Below the pieces are notes generated by a model. The model was not told where the DNA came from and made no database searches. It saw nothing but the letters and a program-made list of their open reading frames with translations. Below, one piece after another: positions 1-7,078 of a stretch of DNA of 24,000 nt. Location: contig NZ_LT854640.1 in assembly GCF_900184255.1 (NCBI RefSeq), positions 2,238,703 through 2,262,702 of the forward strand, in the 5' to 3' direction. This stretch comes from Haloimpatiens massiliensis (GTDB taxonomy: Bacteria > Bacillota > Clostridia > Clostridiales > Clostridiaceae). The first letter of the stretch is position 1, and each line of letters starts with the position of its first letter. Position numbers and translations under genes: made by a program.

Positions 1-76
1 CCCATTTTCTAATGTAAATTAAATCTTCTTTTTCGTATTCTCTCAGCATAATTCTTTTTCCTAATATTCTCCCCAT
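1..76 (-). CDS. First 25 codons of a probable GNAT-family N-acetyltransferase; the rest lies beyond the window edge
   Basis: ATG at 76..74 with an AGGGGG Shine-Dalgarno (rc of 84-89) 7 nt upstream, open to the window edge. The translation MGRILGKRIMLREYEKEDLIYIRKW has the x-LR-x5-D-x5-W pattern common at RimJ/RimL-type GNAT N-termini. It is absent from the ORF track because it is truncated. Confidence 0.35.
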   Translation of the reverse strand, partial: MGRILGKRIMLREYEKEDLIYIRKW

Positions 77-150
77 AGCTATTCCCCCTAAAAAATTAAT
101 ATGAAATATAGATTTTTTCTTTCATGATAAATCTTAGAAAATACTTATTT

Positions 151-266
151 TTATCCGATGACTACCTGCCGTTAACTCCCACTTCTAACAAAGTGCGAGT
201 TAACGGCAGCTACGTCCCTGGATAACGATCTCTAACCTTCAGTTGGAGTAAAAACTCCATCTGAAG
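151..266. other. Compound structured element of two long hairpins; candidate structured RNA or 5' leader, strand unresolved
   Basis: Hairpin A is 166-178 CTGCCGTTAACTC pairing with 197-209 GAGTTAACGGCAG (13 bp), plus an inner CACTT/AAGTG helix at 180-184/191-195. Hairpin B is CTTCAG 237-242 / CTGAAG 261-266, plus TGGAG 244-248 / CTCCA 255-259. TTATCC 151-156 can pair with GGATAA 220-225 to close hairpin A. It lies between a terminator (289-330) and the GNAT start (76). Confidence 0.4.
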
Positions 267-288
267 CTAAGAGCTCTGTTTATAAAAC

Positions 289-330
289 AAAAAAACCCAC
301 AGAGTCACTTTTAAATCGTGACTCCGCAGG
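289..330 (-). terminator. Rho-independent terminator, best read on the minus strand
   Basis: On the minus strand, CCTGCGGAGTCAC (330-318) pairs with GTGACTCTGTGGG (308-296). That is a 13-bp stem including 3 G-U pairs with a 9-nt loop, followed by U7 (rc of the A-run 289-295). Confidence 0.7.
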
Positions 331-606
331 TTTAAATTCTAATCTGCGTGTAGGAAATTTCTTTATACATTTAGAAAGTCTCCCTGTACCGCTCAGGTAT
401 AACTTTAATTGAAGTATAAATATTAGCCCAGCAAACACACTAATAACTAATGCTATGCTCAGGTGTAACTCTAATTTAAGTATAACCCTAGATACACTCA
501 CTTCATGGTATATTTATTGACAATTTTAAGTGAAAAATTACAACCTTTAAGTTAACTAAAAACTAATACCCCAGTGCACTGAAAGCTGTGAAATATCACT
601 TAATTG
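290..606 (-). ncRNA. Candidate ~315-nt non-coding transcript bounded by a consensus promoter and a terminator
   Basis: A near-consensus sigma-A promoter at 641-613 points left and the terminator sits at 330-289. The only ORF (280..501, GTG start, no SD) runs through the terminator stem and merely translates the internal DNA repeats. The start and end positions are inferred, not observed. Confidence 0.4.
391..489. repeat. Two 33-nt direct repeats in 66-nt register, with a possible degenerate third copy at about 324-358
   Basis: 391-423 GCTCAGGTATAACTTTAATTGAAGTATAAATAT versus 457-489 GCTCAGGTGTAACTCTAATTTAAGTATAACCCT: 27/33 identical overall and 26/29 over the first 29 nt. The copy at about 324-358 is roughly 60% similar and keeps the ~66-nt register. 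Confidence 0.6.
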
Positions 607-612
607 TGTAAT

Positions 613-641
613 ATATTAACATGTTCAATAAAAACTGTCAA
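613..641 (-). promoter_or_regulatory. Sigma-A-type promoter, minus strand
   Basis: On the minus strand: TTGACA (641-636), a 17-nt spacer GTTTTTATTGAACATGT, then TAATAT (618-613). A TG lies 2-3 nt upstream of the -10, which is close to an extended -10. Confidence 0.6.
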
Positions 642-686
642 TAGTGCAATTACAAATTTCCTTAAATGCTTTAATTAAACTATATC

Positions 687-855
687 ATGATTATCCCACA
701 AAAGTATTACATTACTTAAATTATGAAATTTCTCTTGAATGACTTGCATAAGAAGTAAAGGAGCTGTTTAAATTTATTGTTCCCAGTTCTTATGCAAGTC
801 ATGGAGGAGAAATTTCATAATTCCACTACATTGTAGCTTTTTGTGGTTGAATCAT
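687..855. repeat. H-element copy 1: a 169-bp long imperfect palindrome (MITE-like) immediately downstream of the EIIA stop
   Basis: The termini ATGATTATCCCACAAAAG ... CTTTTTGTGGTTGAATCAT are inverted repeats, and the arms pair over about 80 bp. A second copy at 21333-21637 is about 88% identical over the left arm. Confidence 0.75.
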
Positions 856-859
856 ATCA

Positions 860-1171
860 TTATTTTGAGTATTTTTTATGTGTTAAAATCATTTCCTCGG
901 TGATTGCTTTTAATGTTTCTGTTGTCATCAATTGATCTTCTGCATGCATTAAAAGCAATGATACTTTTACTGGTTCGCCCGAAGCTTCTTGCTGAATTAA
1001 TGAACTATGTGATTCATGAGCCTTTAATAAACTTGCCTCTGCATCTTCAACACATTTTTCTGCTAGCTCAAAATTCTCTTCTCTTGATGCTTTTAGAGCC
1101 TGAAATAAAGATGACTTTGCATCTCCTACATTACTAATTAATTGGAATGATATTAATTCTAAATCCTCCAT
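860..1171 (-). CDS. PTS lactose/cellobiose-family EIIA component
   Basis: 103 aa. It has the typical EIIA-Lac/Chb three-helix sequence, including LLMHAEDQLM with the phosphorylatable His. The SD GAGGAG lies 7 nt upstream of the ATG. Confidence 0.9.
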   Translation of the reverse strand: MEDLELISFQLISNVGDAKSSLFQALKASREENFELAEKCVEDAEASLLKAHESHSSLIQQEASGEPVKVSLLLMHAEDQLMTTETLKAITEEMILTHKKYSK

Positions 1172-1219
1172 ACCTATCTCCTCTTTTCTTTTTTAACTGT
1201 CCATTATTAAATTTAACTT

Positions 1220-1828
1220 TTAAACTACCTTACTGCCATGAATTTCAGTTGCACCTGTATAATCTAAAATATATTGTCTATTTTCTTTGGTAACACCTTT
1301 TCCAGGCATAATTGTAATTCTTCCATTAGCATATTGGACTAAAGCTTTCAATTCATCTTTTCCCTCTAAGGCATTAACTTTTCCGCCTTTAGTTAATATT
1401 CTATCTACTTTCAAACTTACCAGCTGATCTATAGCAGAGAACTTGTCCTCTATTTCATCAAAAGCCATATGGAAAGTGATACTCATTGGCTTTGCTATTT
1501 CTACTAGCTCTTCCACTGTTTTTACATCTATATTACTATGGACTAACGCACCAATAACTACTCCATGAGCGCCTAATTCTTTAGCTATTTTTATGTCCTC
1601 TTTCATTATTTCTACTTCTTCCTTTGAATATTCAAAGGAACCACCTCTTGGTCTAATTATAACCATTACGGGTATTTTCACATTAGCTATAGTTGTCTTT
1701 ATAGTACCGTAGCTTGGAGTGGTGCCATCTTCTAATAAATTATCACATAATTCTATTCTATTGGCTCCTAACTTTTCTATAGAAATAGCATCTCTAAAAT
1801 TTTCTACACATGCCTCATAAATATTCAA
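1220..1828 (-). CDS. cutC: CutC-family (copper homeostasis protein CutC) TIM-barrel protein
   Basis: The family signature NIYEACVENFRDAISIEKLGANRIELCDNL...GGTTPSYG is present. I place the start at TTG 1828-1826 because AAGGAGG lies 6 nt upstream and this gives the canonical short CutC N-terminus. The tracked ORF extends to the ATG at 1876, which has no SD. Confidence 0.8.
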   Translation of the reverse strand: MNIYEACVENFRDAISIEKLGANRIELCDNLLEDGTTPSYGTIKTTIANVKIPVMVIIRPRGGSFEYSKEEVEIMKEDIKIAKELGAHGVVIGALVHSNIDVKTVEELVEIAKPMSITFHMAFDEIEDKFSAIDQLVSLKVDRILTKGGKVNALEGKDELKALVQYANGRITIMPGKGVTKENRQYILDYTGATEIHGSKVV

Positions 1829-1900
1829 AGCTTTTCCTCCTTGTATAATAATGATGTAGTCATTAAGACTACTCATCTCAATTTAATTGTTTCTATAATA

Positions 1901-1940
1901 GATAACAGAAGAAGGATTTCTTCCTTCATCAGATGTTATC
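1901..1940. other. 40-nt compound hairpin between the cutC start and the IS110 leader
   Basis: GATAACA (1901-1907) pairs with TGTTATC (1934-1940), enclosing GAAGGA-tttct-TCCTTC. I cannot tell whether it belongs to the IS left end or to the native cutC upstream region. Confidence 0.4.
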
Positions 1941-1972
1941 TTAGTTAATTATCATGCTTGACGGTTCCTATA

Positions 1973-2001
1973 TAGACTCCAGACTTTTCATAAAGTATAA
2001 T
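1973..2001 (+). promoter_or_regulatory. Sigma-70-like promoter upstream of the IS110 leader
   Basis: TAGACT (1973-1978), a 17-nt spacer, then TATAAT (1996-2001). The -35 is imperfect and the -10 is consensus. Confidence 0.4.
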
Positions 2002-2004
2002 CTT

Positions 2005-2195
2005 CAAGGATAGGACAAATAATGTTTTCCTCCTTGGGAAGTCAGTATCTGCTGACTCATACCCGTGATTTAGTCAATTAGTCCATTCAATGAGGTTTTA
2101 TGATTCGGCTGGTTGGGAGCCTCAGGCTATACCTGTATAACTCGCAAGGTTGTGTACTCATTAGATGGAAATGGATTCCTATCGGAAAGGAGCTT
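2005..2195 (+). ncRNA. Candidate bridge (seek) RNA in the 5' leader of the IS110 recombinase
   Basis: About 190 nt lie between the TATAAT and the transposase SD, with multiple helices. These are GATAGGA (2009-2015) with TCCTATC (2177-2183); AGTCAG-tatctg-CTGACT (2040-2057); and CCAT-tc-AATGAG (2082-2094) with CTCATT-ag-ATGG (2157-2168), which encloses a 62-nt internal region. IS110-group elements are known to encode a bridge RNA at this position. The guide loops were not identified. Confidence 0.4.
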
Positions 2196-2201
2196 TTGCT
2201 C

Positions 2202-3509
2202 ATGTCAAACATTTTATTTAAAAATTTATTTATCTCGGTCGGTATTGATGTTGGTGCAGATTTCAGTTGGATGTCTATCGCACTTCCTAACCAGACCTTT
2301 GTTGGAAAGCCTTTTAAAATACTACATTCAAACATTGATTCCCTTGAACTCGCTGTTTCTAAAATAAAAGAAGCAGAAGAGTTGTATTCTTTGGAAAGTC
2401 GCATTTTCCTAGAATCCACGGGAATTTATCATTACCCACTCTTCTGCTATCTTCGTGATACTGGATTTAATGTTAACCTAATTAATCCTATCATCACTAA
2501 GAATAGCACAAACATTAACATTAGAAAAGTGCATAATGACAGATTTGATTCAAAAAAAGCTGCCTTAATAGGCTTAAAGCCAGATTTAAAAGTATCTCTT
2601 ATGCCATCAGATCTTGCTCTTGATTTAAGAAATCTTTCAAGAGAGTATTATGATTTGATGGACAACCGTTCTGCTTATGTGAACAAACTTCAAAGTGAAC
2701 TTCGGATGGTATTTCCAGAATACCTTAAAATTTTTTCAAAAATAACTACTAATACATCATTAACCTTATTAGAAACATACACATCTCCAGATGCATTTTT
2801 AAATGCTTCCAAAGAAGAGATTATTGATTCTATAAGATCTACAGCTCGTTTTGGGCTTACATATGCTAATAATAAGTATAATGCCATTATAAAGGCTGCC
2901 AATGATGCAAAGACCTTCGGTTATTCTGTAAGTAGTAATTTTAAGCGTATTAGATTATACATAAGCTTTATTCGAAAGTATGATGAAGAGATTTCTTCTA
3001 TACTCTCTGAAATGCATAAGCTTGTTGATGAAAATGAAAATACTGATTTTGTAAAGCAAATTCACTTGATTGAAACATTTAAAGGTGCAGGTTTTCTTTC
3101 TGCTGTAAGCCTCATGGGAGAAATCGGAGATTTCTCTGCGTTCAACTCACCAAAACAGCTTTTTGCTTATTTTGGTTTAGATCCAGCAGTAAAGCAATCT
3201 GGCAACTTTAATGGCACAAAAATCAGTATGTCAAAGCGAGGCTCTCGAATTGCCAGAAGAGTAATTCACACTATGGCATTAATCAGCATAAGCAAAAACA
3301 AAGATGGCTCCGCCAAAAATCAAGTACTTCGAGAATACTATCTTTTAAAGTGCCAAAGTAAGCCTAAAATGATTGCTCTTGGGGCAGTTATGCATAAAGT
3401 TTGTAACATATTATTTGCCATTCTTCGTGATGGGAAAGAATTTGAAATAATTACACCAGAAGAACACCAAAAGAATTATCTCAAAGCGAAATGCGGCTTC
3501 GCTGCGTAG
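2202..3509 (+). CDS. IS110-family transposase/recombinase (DEDD RuvC-like N-domain plus IS116/IS110/IS902 C-domain)
   Basis: 435 aa from the ATG at 2202, with AAAGGAG 9 nt upstream. The N-terminus carries SVGIDVGADFS and ESTGIYH (DEDD motifs). The C-terminus carries GAGFLSAVSLMGEIGDFSAF..PKQLFAYFGLDPAVKQSG...MSKRGSRIARRV. The tracked start at 2100 has no SD and would read through the leader. Confidence 0.95.
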   Translation: MSNILFKNLFISVGIDVGADFSWMSIALPNQTFVGKPFKILHSNIDSLELAVSKIKEAEELYSLESRIFLESTGIYHYPLFCYLRDTGFNVNLINPIITKNSTNINIRKVHNDRFDSKKAALIGLKPDLKVSLMPSDLALDLRNLSREYYDLMDNRSAYVNKLQSELRMVFPEYLKIFSKITTNTSLTLLETYTSPDAFLNASKEEIIDSIRSTARFGLTYANNKYNAIIKAANDAKTFGYSVSSNFKRIRLYISFIRKYDEEISSILSEMHKLVDENENTDFVKQIHLIETFKGAGFLSAVSLMGEIGDFSAFNSPKQLFAYFGLDPAVKQSGNFNGTKISMSKRGSRIARRVIHTMALISISKNKDGSAKNQVLREYYLLKCQSKPKMIALGAVMHKVCNILFAILRDGKEFEIITPEEHQKNYLKAKCGFAA

Positions 3510-3778
3510 TATAATTCCATAAATATAATTTCCGTTTTTTGTTAGTCTAACAAAAGTTTATTAAGGTTACCCTTTTTTAAGATAATAAAAATATTAATTA
3601 TTTTTTTAATTCTTATTGACATTTCTTAGCTGGACTTGTTTTATATGCTTATGAAACTCTCCCGCCACTTGCTTATGCTAGAGTGCAGCTTTGCTGATTA
3701 ATAATTATAAGTTTATTTCATATACCTATGCATACTTATAATATCATAACTGCATTTTAATCTACAGAACTAATTATT

Positions 3779-3926
3779 CTATAATAATACTTTATCTATA
3801 ATAATACTTTATCTATAATAATACTTTATCTATAATACTGCTTTATCTATAACACTGCTTTATCTATAACACTGCTTTACCTATAACACTGCTTTACCTA
3901 TAACACTGCTTAGTCTATAGTGCTAG
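3779..3926. repeat. 17-bp tandem repeat, about 8.6 units, with a left-to-right sequence gradient
   Basis: The units begin at 3779, 3796, 3813, 3830, 3847, 3864, 3881, 3898 and 3915. They run CTATAATAATACTTTAT x3, then CTATAATACTGCTTTAT, CTATAACACTGCTTTAT, CTATAACACTGCTTTAC x2 and CTATAACACTGCTTAGT, and end in a partial CTATAGTGCTAG. Confidence 0.9.
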
Positions 3927-4021
3927 TTAATTCAAGGAACTAAAAAATGTGCATTTGAAAAGTACTGTAATGATGCAAAATACTTGTAAAACCAATTTGG
4001 ATTTTAAGCTATTATAGCAAA

Positions 4022-4981
4022 CTAATCAAAAGTTATAGGAGATGTTATTCTTTTAGTGTATGCATCTAACCATTCCTGACTTGCTACTTCATAGGTTGTT
4101 TTGCCATCTACATTCTTACATACATAAACTGTAGGTTCTTTACTGTCTGTAGCCACTGAAAAAGAAAATCCATCAATATTAGTTGCTACTCCAAATTCAC
4201 CCTTATTATTTAAACATACTACAGATAAATCTCCTGCTTTCTTTCTCTTTTTAATTAATTTTTCATTCAAATCTTCAACAGCTTTATCTGCAGCTTCCTG
4301 TGGAGTACATCCTTCTTTCATAAGTCTAACTATTTCATAGGAAATGCAGCCCTTCATTAAGTCTTCTCCAAGTCCAGTAGCTGTTGCTCCTCCTACTTCA
4401 CTATCTACGTAGAAACCTGAACCACAAACTGGTGAATCTCCAACTCTTCCTTTTCTTTTCATAAATAACCCACTAGTTGATGTACCAGAAGCCATAGAGC
4501 CATTAGCATCTAATGCTATCATACCAACGGTATCATGACCATCATAAGGACTTAACCCTTTTTCTACAGTTTCTTTAACTCTTTTCTTGTAATGCATTTT
4601 AGCTCTATCTGTTAACATATTAACTCTTTCAAAGCCATTTTTATGAGCATATTCATCTGCTCCAGTTCCTACTAAAAAGCAATTGAATCTTTCGTCACTT
4701 AATTTTTTAGCTACACTTATAGGATTTTTAAAATCTCTTATACCAGCTACTGCTCCTATAGATAAAGTATCCCCATCCATATAAGCTGCATCTAACTCAA
4801 CTTCACCGTTTTCATTTGGCAATCCACCATATCCAACTGATTTATAAAAAGGATAATCCTCAACCATACTAATTGCCTCTTCTATAGCATCTCCTGCTGG
4901 GGCTTTATCTTCTAATGATTTGCATGCCTTAGTTATTCCTTCAACTGCCATTCTCCACGTTGCTATTATTGCCCACTTCAT
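4022..4981 (-). CDS. Asparaginase_2-family Ntn hydrolase (glycosylasparaginase / isoaspartyl peptidase type)
   Basis: 319 aa. It has the autoprocessing motif GHDTVGMIALD with the nucleophile Thr, together with GYGGLPNENGEVELDA and GSGFYVD...GGATATGLGEDLM. GGAGG lies 8 nt upstream of the ATG. Confidence 0.85.
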   Translation of the reverse strand: MKWAIIATWRMAVEGITKACKSLEDKAPAGDAIEEAISMVEDYPFYKSVGYGGLPNENGEVELDAAYMDGDTLSIGAVAGIRDFKNPISVAKKLSDERFNCFLVGTGADEYAHKNGFERVNMLTDRAKMHYKKRVKETVEKGLSPYDGHDTVGMIALDANGSMASGTSTSGLFMKRKGRVGDSPVCGSGFYVDSEVGGATATGLGEDLMKGCISYEIVRLMKEGCTPQEAADKAVEDLNEKLIKKRKKAGDLSVVCLNNKGEFGVATNIDGFSFSVATDSKEPTVYVCKNVDGKTTYEVASQEWLDAYTKRITSPITFD

Positions 4982-5030
4982 AAATTTTTTCCTCCATTCT
5001 TAATTGTTAGTTATTGATACTTATTATCTA

Positions 5031-5046
5031 TGCAATAACTATGCCA
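5031..5046 (-). promoter_or_regulatory. Sigma-54 (-24/-12) promoter for the Ntn-hydrolase gene
   Basis: The minus strand reads TGGCATAGTTATTGCA, with GG and GC in the canonical 12-nt register of TGGCAC-N5-TTGCA. It lies about 50 nt upstream of the ATG at 4981. Confidence 0.8.
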
Positions 5047-5125
5047 ACTATAAAATACACAATGATTTTTCAATTTACTTATGCTTTTAAACACTTTTCC
5101 TAACTAATAATTGATTTTTGTATCA

Positions 5126-5197
5126 AGTGTATTGTAGAATAATACATATACACGTTTACATGGGTTATTTTTCTGCATAGTGTGTTTTATTTACGCA
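5126..5197. promoter_or_regulatory. Putative enhancer (UAS) elements for the LevR-like activator
   Basis: AGTGTATT-N7-AATACATA lies at 5126-5148 and TAGTGTGTTTTATTTACGCA at 5178-5197. Both are repeated with the same 52-53 bp spacing upstream of the second sigma-54 promoter (15202-15273). Confidence 0.55.
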
Positions 5198-5260
5198 ATT
5201 ATTGACACAATAATTTAAAATTAATTACACACTTCATTATTTATAAGGGGATAGGATATT

Positions 5261-6859
5261 ATGAAAAGAATAGATTTAGTATACAATTCTATAAAAACAT
5301 TAGATAAAGGTAGTGGAGTAACCACTATTGAAGTTAGTGAATTATTAAATTTAGAGAGGTCTAATGTAAGTAAAGACTTAAATTTACTAGTTAATGAAGG
5401 CTTATTATATAAAAATAGTTCGAGACCTGTAAAATACTTTTTAAATAATGCTACTAATGTAGATTTTACAGCAAAATCATCTATGGATAACTTAGCTTAT
5501 CTCTATCCATCATTGATACCATCTATAAAACTAGCTAAAACAGCTATTTTGTATCCAGATAACGGAATGAATTGCCTGATTATCGGAGATACTGGCGTTG
5601 GTAAATCCATGCTAGCAAAATTAATGCATGAATATGCTAAATCACTAGATATTAAGAAAAACATGCCTTTTCTACATTTTAACTGCTCAGATTATTCAAA
5701 TAACCCCCAGCTATTAAGTTCTCATCTTTTTGGAGTAAAAAAAGGCACTTTTACTGGCGCAACTGAAAACAGAGCTGGACTAATAGAGCAAGCAGATGGA
5801 GGTATTTTATTCTTAGATGAAATACACAATCTTCCTAGTGAAGGTCAAGAAATGCTTTTTGTCTTTATGGATACAGGCTACTTTAAGAGATTTGGAGAGG
5901 TAACAAAAAAAATTCATTCTTCCGCACGTATAATCTGTGCAACAAATAAGGATATAAACTCTTCTCTTTTAGATACATTTATAAGGAGAATTCCAATAAA
6001 AATTTACATACCGGGATTGGAGGAAAGGCTTTTAGAAGAAAGACTTACCCTTGTAGAATATTTTATAAAGAATGAAAGTATAAAACTAAATAAGCCTATT
6101 TGGGTATCCTATAACACAATGCTTTGTTTACTATCCTATCATTGCCCTTATAATGTAGGTCAATTGAAAAATGATATTAAACTAGCCATTGCTAATGCAT
6201 ATTCCGACTATTTTATTCATAATAAGAAGCAAATTAAAATAAATAGTCCTGATTTACCTGATGAATTAAAAAACATGCTCAATACTCAATTATCCCAAGA
6301 AAGACTTTTATTAGATTCTTTAGATATGGTAGATGGCTATTTTATATATGATAAAAATTCCGTAATAACTAGTCATTCATTTTTAAAGCAGAAGCATCTT
6401 ATTCTTAATAGTTTTAAAAAGCTAATAAAGGATACTGCTAGCAATATGATTAATAAAGAAATAAGCAGTGAAGCTATCATTGACTTTTTTATAGATTATC
6501 TAAATATAATTAAAGATGTTGCTTCAAGTTATCAATACAGCCTTAATAATTCTGCATACGAGGAGTTCTTATCAAGTTTATCCAATTTAGATAATGAACT
6601 TACAAACTACTTTACTGATGATATAGTAAAAAATTTCTTTCGTATTCACCTTGATATGGTATATGACAGAATTAATCTAATGGACTTTGATTCTCTACCT
6701 ACTTTAAATAAAATTAAATCTGTTTTTCCAAACTACTATACTATATCGTTAAGCTTAAAATCTGTTATAGAAAGAGTTTACAATATTAATTTATCTAATA
6801 CAGAAATACTTTTCTTAACTATTTTTACTATATATTTATATGAAAGACCTAGTCTATAA
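5261..6859 (+). CDS. Sigma-54-dependent transcriptional activator, LevR/CelR-like (N-terminal wHTH, AAA+ domain, helical PRD-like C-terminus)
   Basis: 532 aa. It has Walker A GDTGVGKS, a GAFTGA-loop variant GTFTGA, and Walker B ILFLDEIHNL. The HTH is N-terminal rather than a C-terminal Fis-type HTH. It is divergent from a sigma-54 promoter. Confidence 0.85.
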   Translation: MKRIDLVYNSIKTLDKGSGVTTIEVSELLNLERSNVSKDLNLLVNEGLLYKNSSRPVKYFLNNATNVDFTAKSSMDNLAYLYPSLIPSIKLAKTAILYPDNGMNCLIIGDTGVGKSMLAKLMHEYAKSLDIKKNMPFLHFNCSDYSNNPQLLSSHLFGVKKGTFTGATENRAGLIEQADGGILFLDEIHNLPSEGQEMLFVFMDTGYFKRFGEVTKKIHSSARIICATNKDINSSLLDTFIRRIPIKIYIPGLEERLLEERLTLVEYFIKNESIKLNKPIWVSYNTMLCLLSYHCPYNVGQLKNDIKLAIANAYSDYFIHNKKQIKINSPDLPDELKNMLNTQLSQERLLLDSLDMVDGYFIYDKNSVITSHSFLKQKHLILNSFKKLIKDTASNMINKEISSEAIIDFFIDYLNIIKDVASSYQYSLNNSAYEEFLSSLSNLDNELTNYFTDDIVKNFFRIHLDMVYDRINLMDFDSLPTLNKIKSVFPNYYTISLSLKSVIERVYNINLSNTEILFLTIFTIYLYERPSL

Positions 6860-6872
6860 AAGTATATAATCC

Positions 6873-6925
6873 AACCCAGCAATCAGTAATAGTTCATTCA
6901 TTAATCTTTTACTGAGTGCTGGGTT
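6873..6925. terminator. Hairpin between the convergent activator and pepV genes
   Basis: AACCCAGCA (6873-6881) pairs with TGCTGGGTT (6917-6925), with an inner CAGTAA/TTACTG helix. No clean U-tract is present. Confidence 0.45.
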
Positions 6926-7078
6926 ATATATTGATTGAAAAATAAATCAGAAATTTTCTAAATGAAATGAAAAAAGTCCACATTATTGATATTGGATATT
7001 TGCTATTTATAATTTCAATTATTATCTAATATAAATTCTAAAAATCATGCGCAAAGTTGAGATATTAATATTACTAAA

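Larger units (their letters stand above)
1960..3640 (+). mobile_element. IS110-family insertion sequence; the boundaries are approximate and not determined
   Basis: It comprises the transposase gene plus a structured 5' leader. IS110 elements lack terminal inverted repeats, so the ends cannot be read directly. GACTT occurs at 1983-1987 and 3634-3638, and a TTGACA at 3616-3621 faces outward from the right end. Both are weak clues only. Confidence 0.6.

Noticed and set aside
151-266. Resemblance of GGGACGTAGCTGCCG...CGGCAGGTAGTCATCGG (minus strand) to the second half of the c-di-GMP-I (GEMM-I) riboswitch
   Set aside because: The first hairpin lacks the conserved GGCAAACC/GNRA tetraloop features, and the ACGCAAAGC linker is not matched. 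The similarity is too partial to support a call.
324-489. Interpreting the 33-nt repeats with ~33-nt spacers as a CRISPR array
   Set aside because: There are only two convincing repeats and they differ at 6 of 33 positions (the third copy is ~60% similar). No cas genes are in the window, and the repeat has no clear palindromic core. It is recorded as a repeat-containing candidate RNA and not called CRISPR.
280-501. 73-aa minus-strand ORF (MSVSRVILKLELHLS...) inside the promoter-terminator unit
   Set aside because: It has a GTG start with no SD and it reads through the terminator stem. Its internal peptide repeats simply mirror the 33-nt DNA repeats, so it is treated as non-coding.
290-641. 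Type III toxin-antitoxin (repeat RNA, terminator, toxin) reading of the repeat unit
   Set aside because: No ToxN/AbiQ-like ORF follows the terminator. The next gene is about 210 nt away and looks like an ordinary GNAT, and there are too few repeats.
2100-2201. The upstream extension of the transposase ORF (tracked start at 2100), and ORFs 2113..2367 (+) and 2087..2419 (-)
   Set aside because: There is no SD at these starts, whereas the ATG at 2202 has AAAGGAG and yields the canonical IS110 N-terminus (..VGIDVGADFS). The extension overlaps the structured leader.
3616-3644. TTGACA at the IS right side as the -35 half of a circle-junction promoter pairing with TATAAT at 1996
   Set aside because: None of the candidate junctions I tried (CT or GACTT cores) gives a 16-18-nt spacer. 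The idea remains untestable without mapped element ends, so it is not reported as a feature.
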